From the IMG/VR virus record IMGVR_UViG_3300029705_006902, positions 1-64,000 of that record: 64,000 nucleotides of DNA, one strand, 5' to 3'. Under the pieces are notes generated by a model. That model worked only from the letters and a program-made list of their open reading frames with translations. It had not been told where the DNA came from and ran no database searches. This DNA is from a virus (taxonomy: Duplodnaviria; Caudoviricetes). Shown here in pieces: positions 11,585 to 18,959 of the stretch (its first letter is position 1; the number at the start of each line of letters is the position of its first letter). The position numbers were made by a program, and so were the translations under genes.

Positions 11585-12243
11585 ATGAAAAAACTTTTAT
11601 CAATCATCCTCACAATCTTAATGATTGTGACGAGCGTACCCTTTGCCTTTGCGGCAGATGTCAGTCTTGTAATCAATATGACCGACAGCTACGGTGACGG
11701 CTGGAACGGCAATGCAATTCAAGTGGGCACTGTTTCCGGCGGTGAATTCACAAAAATTGCAGATGTGACATTTGACGAAGGCGCAACTGCCACCTATGAG
11801 GCAGCTATATCCGACGAAAATGTTTATGCTTTCAGATGGACCAAGGGTTCTTATGCCGAAGAATGCAGCTTCAGCATCGTTATAGGCGGTAAAACTGTTT
11901 TAGAGGCATCTGATTGCAATGCTTATGCACCGGATGGTATTATTTATACCACTTGCAATCACAGCTTCAGCGACAGCATCTGCTCAATATGCGAACTTGA
12001 ATGCGGTGTCGATTTTGCACACACTATGAACAGTGACAGTGAATGTACCGCTTGCGGTTTTATATGCAGCCATAGCTATACTAACCATTATTGCAAAACC
12101 TGCAAAACTACAGAGAACGGATATTATGCCGGTGTCTGCGGTGCAGAAAACATGAACGATGCAATCTGGTCACTTGATTCACAGGGAACTCTTACTATCA
12201 GCGGTACAGGTAAGTACGATGTAGAATATCTTAACGCTCCCTG
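11585..12243 (+). pseudogene. Surface protein 2, N-terminal fragment with signal peptide (inside the inversion)
   Basis: MKKLLSIILTILMIVTSVPFAFA is paralogous to the protein 1 signal peptide; DSYGDGWNGNA domain recurs in the C-terminal fragment; frame ends in TGA at the junction. Confidence 0.88.
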
Positions 12244-12367
12244 ACATTTTTGCGATGTCCGTTATTGTGGTGCGCTCAAAGCCTTTCTGAATAAACTGTG
12301 CCGTTGCAGCTGTGAGAATTTTTCTGTGTAATTCTCTGCTTTCTGCTTCACTTCTTACATTCGCCAA
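12240..12367 (-). pseudogene. TetR regulator 2, N-terminal fragment (TTG start, outside the inversion)
   Basis: (M)ANVRSEAESRELHRKILTAATAQFIQKGFERTTITDIAKMSG matches the paralog N-terminus; RBS GAAAGGA upstream. Confidence 0.88.
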
Positions 12368-12397
12368 ATCATCACATCCTTTCTGAAACACACTTCA

Positions 12398-12455
12398 AAG
12401 TAAACCGTGGTTCAATTTCCGAAGTAATATTATCACAATGTTAAAATATTGTCAA
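12398..12455 (-). promoter_or_regulatory. Promoter (TTGACA-17-TAATAT, 12427-12455) and degenerate operator (12398-12417) of TetR operon 2
   Basis: AAGTAAACCGTGGTTCAATT matches 16/20 positions of the 4444-4463 palindrome at the equivalent position. Confidence 0.6.
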
Positions 12456-12537
12456 TATGTTTGATGTAAAAAAATTTAATTTTTTTACGGTTTTACGACA
12501 GCATAAAAATGTTACTTTTATTTGTATGCAAAAAAAA

Positions 12538-12726
12538 GGTTCCTCACGGAAAGTTGTGGGATTTTTGATTAAGGGAAATGCAAATTACGGTTTATCGGGG
12601 TCTTTGCAAAGTGAATTTCCCTCTCAAACACTTGCCGCCCCTGAAAGGGGGATTGATGAGCAACAAAGAAAGAGAGCGATAAACCGTAATTTGTTTTCTT
12701 CATCCCACAACTTTCCGTGAAGAACC
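12538..12726. mobile_element. 189-bp non-autonomous MITE with ISL3-family-like terminal inverted repeats
   Basis: 25-bp TIRs GGTTC(C/T)TCACGGAAAGTTGTGGGAT (1 mismatch); internal perfect 17-bp IR (12581-12597/12677-12693); A-runs of 8 and 7 nt on either side, consistent with an AT-rich target duplication; no transposase. Confidence 0.7.
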
Positions 12727-12734
12727 AAAAAAAT

Positions 12735-12771
12735 AATCCTACGCTCATTGTATCAAAACAAGCGTAGGATT
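12735..12771 (-). terminator. Intrinsic terminator downstream of the tRNA 3' end
   Basis: 11-bp stem AATCCTACGCT/AGCGTAGGATT followed by a U-tract on the minus strand. Confidence 0.75.
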
Positions 12772-12772
12772 T

Positions 12773-12794
12773 TGGTGCCGGTGACCGGGCTCGA
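12773..12794 (-). tRNA. 3' fragment of a tRNA (Leu-like; T-loop to CCA), candidate integration-site remnant; not a full tRNA
   Basis: Minus strand TCGAGCCCGGTCACCGGCACCA: T-arm 3' side, acceptor strand pairing with a 5' GCCGGTG, discriminator A, CCA; no D arm or anticodon arm upstream. Confidence 0.65.
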
Positions 12795-12877
12795 CTCTCG
12801 CGTTGCGACGCTTAGGTCACTGCGCGGCTCTGAACATTCACTGAATGTTCATTCACTCCCGCGCCGCTTCGAGCCCG
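12786..12877. repeat. 92-bp nested hairpin element fused to the tRNA 3' end
   Basis: 9-bp outer IR CGGGCTCGA/TCGAGCCCG, inner CGCGG/CCGCG and a perfect 10-bp TGAACATTCA/TGAATGTTCA stem. Confidence 0.7.
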
Positions 12878-12889
12878 TTTCATGGAAAT

Positions 12890-12929
12890 AAAAAAACACA
12901 CGCAACCGCAAGGGCGCGCGTGTTTTTTT
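12890..12929. terminator. Probable bidirectional terminator at the island edge
   Basis: A7-CACACGC...GCGCGTG-T7 with a GCAA apical loop. Confidence 0.6.
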
Positions 12930-12965
12930 GTAGTTCCACGCATATTTTAATACAAAGTTTGAAAT

Positions 12966-13016
12966 TTTGCAACCCCCTATTTTAGGGGTTTCAATTTTTA
13001 TTTAGGGGGTTGCAAA
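12966..13016. other. 14-bp perfect inverted repeat, candidate recombinase att/binding site
   Basis: TTTGCAACCCCCTA-N23-TAGGGGGTTGCAAA, with related GGGTTTCAAT motifs at ~12986 and ~13028. Confidence 0.4.
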
Positions 13017-13040
13017 TTGGTTTCAGAGGGTTTCAATGGT

Positions 13041-13373
13041 TCAATCGCACTCATTTGCGATGAAATCATACAGTGCCCCAGGCTCTTTCAAACACCATTT
13101 CTTATCCCCATTAGGAATAGACACCTCATAGTTATCAGTTGCATCGTAAAGCCACCAGGAAATGTACTCGTACTTGTCGTTCATCGCTTCAGCCAATACG
13201 AGCAGCAGAGCCTCCTGGTATTTGTTTTTCACACCGAATACAAAGCACCCGTCTCCGACTTTCTGTAGCGCCTTACTGAAATCAATATCGGTTGATTCTT
13301 GTTCCCGTATCAATTCCAAAGCTTTACAAAAAGTGTCTTTTGAAATCATAGGTTTTTCTTTCATCTGTTTCAC
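13041..13373 (-). CDS. Hypothetical protein (110 aa; phage/ICE type)
   Basis: ORF overlaps the upstream stop (ATGA coupling); ends the minus-strand gene run. Confidence 0.65.
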   Translation of the reverse strand: MKQMKEKPMISKDTFCKALELIREQESTDIDFSKALQKVGDGCFVFGVKNKYQEALLLVLAEAMNDKYEYISWWLYDATDNYEVSIPNGDKKWCLKEPGALYDFIANECD

Positions 13374-13846
13374 CCAAGCAATGACTCATCTGCATCTGCC
13401 ACAGAGTTTAGAAACAGATTTTTTTCAATGCAATCAAACAGAAAGTTTACTACTTCGAAATTACACTCTTCCTCCGGCTTCGCAAATTCCCAATGGATTA
13501 TCTCCATTATTTCAGCTTTTGTGAAGTACAAACCCGTGGCATAAAGATTCTTGATTTCTTCCAAAGTATATTCAGGAGGTGTAAAATACATATCAAGATA
13601 TTTTGCTAAATAGATTTCAGCAACTAAATCTTTCTGCCATTCAGGTAATCTCTTTTTCATTTTCTTTATGGCTTTTAACTCATCAGCAGATAACTGTTCT
13701 GGGGCCATTTGTTGCAACAATAAAGCATTAAGAATTGTTTCTCCCGTTTCAATCATTTTCTGCCGTTCTTCAATTGAATCTATGCCACACAAAGAGGGGC
13801 TGTATGAAATTAACTCATCTAATTTGCATCTATTCATTGCTTTCAT
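13370..13846 (-). CDS. Hypothetical protein (158 aa)
   Basis: RBS GGAAGG upstream; coupled to the next gene. Confidence 0.65.
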   Translation of the reverse strand: MKAMNRCKLDELISYSPSLCGIDSIEERQKMIETGETILNALLLQQMAPEQLSADELKAIKKMKKRLPEWQKDLVAEIYLAKYLDMYFTPPEYTLEEIKNLYATGLYFTKAEIMEIIHWEFAKPEEECNFEVVNFLFDCIEKNLFLNSVADADESLLG

Positions 13847-13895
13847 CCTTCCATCTCGTTATGGTTAATTGTGGCTTTTTCGCCATAATTAGGTT

Positions 13896-14087
13896 TTAGT
13901 AAGTGAAGGGTATTCTTCCCGTTCTAATTATCTCCTTGAACAACCCATTAATTAGTTCTTGAAATGAAATGTTTTGTTCAACAAGAATTTGATTAAGCTG
14001 CAAGTATTCTTCTTCGGGCATTGACACAATTAGCTGAAAAGAACCATCCTTGTTCCTCTCAAATCTTATGTTCTCATCCATTTTCAT
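13896..14087 (-). CDS. Small protein, RelB/DinJ antitoxin-like (63 aa)
   Basis: Size, helical middle and C-terminal IIRTGRIPF resemble RelB/DinJ ends; RBS GAAGGG. Confidence 0.4.
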   Translation of the reverse strand: MKMDENIRFERNKDGSFQLIVSMPEEEYLQLNQILVEQNISFQELINGLFKEIIRTGRIPFTY

Positions 14088-14148
14088 TCACCCTTCGTAA
14101 TATAAGTGTCGGAAACAAGAAAAAGTAACAAAACTTTTCATAAAATAT

Positions 14149-14403
14149 TTATGCTTCATCGTAGAAACACGAAAACCGGAAAAATTCCGCTATAATTCGT
14201 ATAGTGTTTGACAACTCATAACACACATTTTTTAATTCCTCGTTGTTCAATACATCGAGGTATTTTTTCTGTTCTTCTCGGCTCAAGTCCGAAAAGCACC
14301 TCTCAACGGTTTTTCCATTTCTTTCAACTTCGCTGTAAAGCCTATCCAAACCCCTGGGTTCAGGAATTTGGCTTTCGTCTTTGATATCCATATTTCTCTG
14401 CAA
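14149..14403 (-). CDS. Hypothetical protein (84 aa), paralog of 15953-16255
   Basis: Shared R-x-LD...V-x-RNG...E-x-CF-x-DLS..EQ...LD....EEL...C..L pattern; RBS GGAGG. Confidence 0.7.
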   Translation of the reverse strand: MQRNMDIKDESQIPEPRGLDRLYSEVERNGKTVERCFSDLSREEQKKYLDVLNNEELKNVCYELSNTIRIIAEFFRFSCFYDEA

Positions 14404-14479
14404 CCTCCATTTTTAGTTCAGTATCTGTAAAAAACTATTTGCTTTGTTTGAGGATTTCCTCAATGGTTTTAGAACAGAT

Positions 14480-15181
14480 TTAAACACCAGAGTAAAATTC
14501 CTCCATATCATCAAGGCGCAAGCAAGAAAGCCGTCCTATGTCGCCATAAGCACAGCCACAATCTATTCCTATACGGTCATCCCATTTGCAGATTTTCATT
14601 ATTTCATCATCTTGATACTGCCAAGTAGGGGTATGACCGAAAATCATAGTTTTGCCTTCCGGCACAGATGCCGTTTCCGAATCGCGAGTCCAAACGGCAT
14701 ATTGTTTGACGCTGTCGTATTTACTTAATCTGTCGATGTAATTATCAGTAATACCTGCGTGTACAAGAATATAGTTTTTATCATTTACTGTGACCTCGAT
14801 ATTTAACGGCAACGAATCAAGATATTCAAAGATTTCTTTTCGGACTTCTTTCCTCGTATGTTTTATGCTGTTATGGGTAACTGCTCCGCCATTGCTATAC
14901 CAATTGTTCAACCGGGCAAATGATTTGAAATTTTTTGAAAATTTATCCACATCATCAATTGGATAGTACAAAACATTTAACATCATAAGCTCGTGATTGC
15001 CGAGCAGCATTTTTATATTTGGAGTTTTCATTATGTATCGCAGTATTCTTATACCGCCATCGCCTCGGTCAACCACATCGCCTAAAATATATAAAGTGTC
15101 CTTTTCGCTGAATTTTATTTGCTTTAACATATCACGGAAACGGGCTTCATTGCCGTGAATATCTGACATTACATAAACCAC
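14480..15181 (-). CDS. Metallophosphoesterase, PPP/lambda-phosphatase-like (233 aa)
   Basis: Motifs SDIHGN, GDVVDRG, LGNHE, HAG, FGHT. Confidence 0.9.
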   Translation of the reverse strand: MVYVMSDIHGNEARFRDMLKQIKFSEKDTLYILGDVVDRGDGGIRILRYIMKTPNIKMLLGNHELMMLNVLYYPIDDVDKFSKNFKSFARLNNWYSNGGAVTHNSIKHTRKEVRKEIFEYLDSLPLNIEVTVNDKNYILVHAGITDNYIDRLSKYDSVKQYAVWTRDSETASVPEGKTMIFGHTPTWQYQDDEIMKICKWDDRIGIDCGCAYGDIGRLSCLRLDDMEEFYSGV

Positions 15182-15218
15182 TTTATTCTCCTTTCAATTA
15201 TTAGGGGTTCCATACATT

Positions 15219-15956
15219 TCATTCTTCTCGTTGTCGGTAATACCATTCCTTTTTTCTTTCGAGTTCTTTTTTTATTTCGGTTACATCGTAGTCACTATAT
15301 TTTTCAACAGCCTCAATAAAATCTACAATTATTCCACCTGACAAACAATGCTCATAGCCTTCAAACCAGGAAAAATTGTTGTCTGATTTCACTGGAATAA
15401 TCGGCTCATCGTAAGAAACAAAAAGGTAATCGTATTTAAGATAATGGTTGTCGATGAGGTAATTAGGTTTATACCATAAATGCTTTACCCCTTTTGCAGA
15501 AATATAGCCGTGTCTTTTATACAAATATCCAAACACATACCAAGGTGGTAAATCAGAAGCATATATCTTCGTTGGGTATTTGCCTTGCGACAACAAATAA
15601 CGGTTCGGTTGGGCTGTAGGGTCAAAACTATGCCTACCCAACCTTGCCCCCATATATAAAGTTGAATTGATTTTTTTCTTTGTTTTCTTTTTTCCGTAAT
15701 CGAGCTCCTCGAAAACGATTGTGCCGTCATTCGTTTTTATGGTGTGTATACCCGTTGTTTCATCAAGACTATGCTCGTTTACTACAACATTTACGAACAA
15801 GCTATATTTATAGAGTATGTGTCGAAATTTGAGTATTTCACCAATTACTATATCATCAACATTCGCATACAAACCGGTAAATCCTTCATATGGGCTACCT
15901 TCACAATCTAAATCTTTACCCTCATCTGACATTGCAGAGATTATCACAATATTCAT
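15219..15956 (-). CDS. Hypothetical protein (245 aa)
   Basis: Long ORF coupled to upstream gene; no recognisable motif. Confidence 0.7.
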   Translation of the reverse strand: MNIVIISAMSDEGKDLDCEGSPYEGFTGLYANVDDIVIGEILKFRHILYKYSLFVNVVVNEHSLDETTGIHTIKTNDGTIVFEELDYGKKKTKKKINSTLYMGARLGRHSFDPTAQPNRYLLSQGKYPTKIYASDLPPWYVFGYLYKRHGYISAKGVKHLWYKPNYLIDNHYLKYDYLFVSYDEPIIPVKSDNNFSWFEGYEHCLSGGIIVDFIEAVEKYSDYDVTEIKKELERKKEWYYRQREE

Positions 15957-16255
15957 TTCTTAACCTGCTTTCTTTTACACGGGATTTTAATCACAAAGCC
16001 GAAACGCTTCATACCTTCAGTAGCTTCAGGATGATTACTTAAATCCTCAACTTCTGCAACATTACGAAAATCAGTAGCAAGAGTTTTGCACAGTTTAATG
16101 AGTTCCTCACGAGAGGCACCATCTAAAATTGCATTTTGCTCTTTTTCAGAAAGGTCTGTAAAGCAAAGTTCAAGTTCTGTGCCATTGCGAACTGTGTTAT
16201 AAATCGTGTTGTCCAAATAGCGTACTAATGGATAATTTTCTGTCTTAATATTCAT
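15953..16255 (-). CDS. Hypothetical protein (100 aa, start MNIKTENY), paralog of 14149-14403
   Basis: RBS GAAGG before ATG at 16255; the longer ORF-track start overlaps the upstream gene. Confidence 0.7.
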   Translation of the reverse strand: MNIKTENYPLVRYLDNTIYNTVRNGTELELCFTDLSEKEQNAILDGASREELIKLCKTLATDFRNVAEVEDLSNHPEATEGMKRFGFVIKIPCKRKQVKK

Positions 16256-16268
16256 GTTTTTTACCTTC

Positions 16269-16901
16269 TCAACCATCACCGAAAATATCGTTACAAAATT
16301 CTGTAAAGTTAATATCGATTCCGGGTTCAAAATTTTCATCGTCATTTTGCAATTCGTCAATTGATCTGAATACTTTTTCTTGAACTGCAAGTTGGGTACG
16401 TGTGTGTGGTGGCTCATTAATGATAATGTTTGGGAACCCCCAATAATCATCGTCACGATTCAGCCATTCTCCACGTGTGTTTTTATATTGCAAACCAACA
16501 ACATCGGTGCTTAAGCAACGGAAGTAGTTATTCTCTGCTTGAAACCAGTAATGTTTTACTTTAGCTGATTTGAAACGCATATAATAAGGAAAGCCATAAA
16601 TATTTTTATGCTCCCAAGTATAATCTCTCATTTCGTGTTCAAATGTAGCTATGAGATTTACCGGTTGCAAAAGCCTATGCTGATTGTATGCAACATAATG
16701 TGTTACTTCCGTATCGCCAGAACAAAATTTATCAAAGGCATCAATTAAACAGCCATGGTCTTTTGATAGTTTTTCATCAGCCTTCAATGAATTAATTAAT
16801 GATGCGATTTCACCTAATGTTCCGAAGTATTGTTTATCACCACTTGCGATACCAGGAAGTGCGTAGTCATCCAAGGTTAATGCGTAATACTGTTCTTTCA
16901 T
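16269..16901 (-). CDS. Hypothetical protein (210 aa)
   Basis: ATGA-coupled to the upstream phosphoesterase. Confidence 0.7.
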   Translation of the reverse strand: MKEQYYALTLDDYALPGIASGDKQYFGTLGEIASLINSLKADEKLSKDHGCLIDAFDKFCSGDTEVTHYVAYNQHRLLQPVNLIATFEHEMRDYTWEHKNIYGFPYYMRFKSAKVKHYWFQAENNYFRCLSTDVVGLQYKNTRGEWLNRDDDYWGFPNIIINEPPHTRTQLAVQEKVFRSIDELQNDDENFEPGIDINFTEFCNDIFGDG

Positions 16902-17596
16902 TCCATCCCTCCCACAAAGCCTTTAAATAAAAAGACCATATTATCAATTTTTTTGTCTATATGCCAATGACCGCAAAACCACTTTTTATATTCAAGTTTG
17001 TCCTCAATAAAGTCGAGCCAAGTTTCAGTGCTTTTATCAATCAATTCTTGATTCAATCCGGGAAGAAAGGCTTCCTTGGGTTCGTACTTCAAAGGACATG
17101 TATGGCTTAAGACCTGGTCAATTTTCCAATCAATACTTTCAAGTTTTGTTTCTACGCGGGCCTTTGTTTCTTCTGAAGGCTGTTCGTCTGGAAACCAAGA
17201 TAAACCATGTTTTAGCCGATAAGGTTTATCTACCGAATAGGCTCCTCCGATAACAAGAGTTGAACAACCGTCAAGGTCGTATATTTCACCATCTTTAGCA
17301 AATTTTATGTAGGGGTATTGCTCTTCTGTATATACTACGCCACCATTCCATATACTTTCTTTATAAGTTGATATGGTTTCTGGGCGCATTTCGTGATTGC
17401 CGTGAATACAGAAAATATTTACCCCCATATAATTAAGCCGATATTTGTTCCTTCTCTCTCCGAGCGTGTTTCCATAATAATTAAGACCAACATCACCAAG
17501 TATTACAATGGTATCTTTTTCGGTTAAATTAAATCTGCGTATGAAATTTTGTATTGGGAGTACATTCCCGTGAATATCACCTGTATAATAAATCAT
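16898..17596 (-). CDS. Calcineurin-like metallophosphoesterase (232 aa)
   Basis: Motifs GDIHG, LGDVG, HGNHE, SHTCP, GHWH. Confidence 0.9.
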   Translation of the reverse strand: MIYYTGDIHGNVLPIQNFIRRFNLTEKDTIVILGDVGLNYYGNTLGERRNKYRLNYMGVNIFCIHGNHEMRPETISTYKESIWNGGVVYTEEQYPYIKFAKDGEIYDLDGCSTLVIGGAYSVDKPYRLKHGLSWFPDEQPSEETKARVETKLESIDWKIDQVLSHTCPLKYEPKEAFLPGLNQELIDKSTETWLDFIEDKLEYKKWFCGHWHIDKKIDNMVFLFKGFVGGME

Positions 17597-17612
17597 TATT
17601 TTTCCTCTCTTT

Positions 17613-17831
17613 CTACTTTGTGTTTTCAGTATCAGGAATTATTTCCATAATGTCCCCAAGCTTACAATTGAGTACCAGGCATATTTTTTCTAATACATCG
17701 GTTCGCATGTTTCCGCCTTTACCCATTTTGGTTAATGAAAAATTACTAATGCCAGCGGCTTTTGCCAGATCTCCTTTTTTCATTTCTTTATCAATCAGTA
17801 GTTTCCATAGCTTTTTATAACTTACTTTCAT
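17613..17831 (-). CDS. Cro/C1-type HTH protein (72 aa from MKVSYKKLW)
   Basis: SYKKLWKLLIDKEMKKGDLAKAAGIS...LEKICLVLNC is the HTH_26 pattern; RBS AAGGAG. Confidence 0.85.
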   Translation of the reverse strand: MKVSYKKLWKLLIDKEMKKGDLAKAAGISNFSLTKMGKGGNMRTDVLEKICLVLNCKLGDIMEIIPDTENTK

Positions 17832-17981
17832 TTTGAACACTCCTTAAAGATAAATCTTTAATTACAACGATTGTACCTTTGCCGAAAAATATGGTCAATA
17901 ATTTTGGCGTTTTCATATCAGATATGATTTCAAAGAGACTCCAAGTATTATCTCGGAGCCTCTTTTTTGTGCATAAGCACA

Positions 17982-18359
17982 TTAGTAATAAAACGAAGTC
18001 GGCTCTTGATTTGTCTTCATCCATTCATTACCGCGCAAGCTCTCTTTTACAGCGAGTGCAACATCATAAATAATACGTTTTTCACAGGTGTTGCAATCCT
18101 TGACAAGTTCGGTCAGCTCATTACAGTATTGCTTTTTGTCACTAACCTGGTTGCCATAAAGAAGTTGGTCAACAGTAATGCCGAGAACATTTGAAATGCG
18201 AACCAAACTTTCGAGACTTGCTTTCTTGAGACCCGTTTCAATATGACTTATGTACGAAACGGAAAGGTCTGTAAATTCAGCCAAGTCCGCTTGAGACAAT
18301 TGCTTCAAAATACGAACCTCCTTTACCCGTACACCTATCATTTTGTGGTTCAAAACCAT
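17982..18359 (-). CDS. Xre-family HTH regulator (125 aa from MVLNHK)
   Basis: IGVRVKEVR...LSQADLAE...SYISHIETG; RBS AGGAGG. Confidence 0.88.
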   Translation of the reverse strand: MVLNHKMIGVRVKEVRILKQLSQADLAEFTDLSVSYISHIETGLKKASLESLVRISNVLGITVDQLLYGNQVSDKKQYCNELTELVKDCNTCEKRIIYDVALAVKESLRGNEWMKTNQEPTSFYY

Positions 18360-18373
18360 ACTTTTTTCACCTC

Positions 18374-18471
18374 CTATCGTAAAATTATGATGCATTATAA
18401 CTACGATAGTGGAAGATATCCAGTATAGTTTATTCTTTTTGTCGACTATACACGATATAATCTTGTATAGT
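18374..18471. promoter_or_regulatory. Divergent control region with two operator-like inverted repeats
   Basis: CTATCGTA/TACGATAG (18374-18409) and ACTATACA/TGTATAGT (18445-18471). Confidence 0.45.
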
Positions 18472-18495
18472 GATAGTTTTTTAGGTGGTAATATT

Positions 18496-18840
18496 ATGGT
18501 AACTGATAGGAAAACATTAGGCAAACGAATACATGACGCCCGTAAGTCCAAAAAAATGAGTCAATTTGAACTTGCTGAAAAGGTTGACATCTCTATTTCA
18601 CATTTAAGTAGTATTGAAAACGGGCGCACAAGTTTTGGGGTTGAAATATTTATGAAAATAGTTGAAGCCCTTGATATTTCTTCTGATGAATTGCTTCTCA
18701 TCAAGACCCCCGCTGTAAAAGATATGTTGAACACTGAATTTGAAGAAATAATTTCTGATTGCAGTCCCGCAGAAGTAATTAGCATTTTGAAAATGGCAAA
18801 GGAAATGCGAGAAGCAATCAGGACGGCAAAATCAGAATAA
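18496..18840 (+). CDS. Xre-family HTH regulator (114 aa from MVTDRK)
   Basis: LGKRIHDARKSKKMSQFELAEKVDIS...SIENG; RBS AGGTGG. Confidence 0.88.
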   Translation: MVTDRKTLGKRIHDARKSKKMSQFELAEKVDISISHLSSIENGRTSFGVEIFMKIVEALDISSDELLLIKTPAVKDMLNTEFEEIISDCSPAEVISILKMAKEMREAIRTAKSE

Positions 18841-18863
18841 AACTTAATAAATGTATTTTGTTT

Positions 18864-18899
18864 AATAACCATAGGTATAGGAATGTACCTGTGGTTATT
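18864..18899 (+). terminator. Probable terminator after the Xre gene
   Basis: AATAACCATAGGTA/TACCTGTGGTTATT stem followed by T-rich run. Confidence 0.55.
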
Positions 18900-18959
18900 T
18901 TTCTTTTCTTCTTAACTAATGTACACTTTGATACATAAAAGTAAAACGGAGTGACTTAA

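Larger units (their letters stand above)
11000..12243. other. 1,244-bp inverted segment bounded by 4-bp inverted microhomology (CAGG 11000-11003 / CCTG 12240-12243)
   Basis: Re-inversion gives ...ATG TCA GGT GTG CCG (MSGVP, matching the paralog's LSGVP) and ...AAC GCT CCC TGG CTG GCT (NAPWLA); both reading frames restored with no base gained or lost. Confidence 0.9.

Noticed and set aside
11000-12243. Classical invertase-type (fim/hin/Mpi-like) switch
   Set aside because: Junction identity is only 4 bp, with no flanking inverted-repeat similarity and no adjacent small invertase; kept as a finding under different hypotheses.
12773-12877. Complete tRNA gene
   Set aside because: Only the T-loop-to-CCA 22 nt are present; the upstream sequence cannot form D or anticodon arms.
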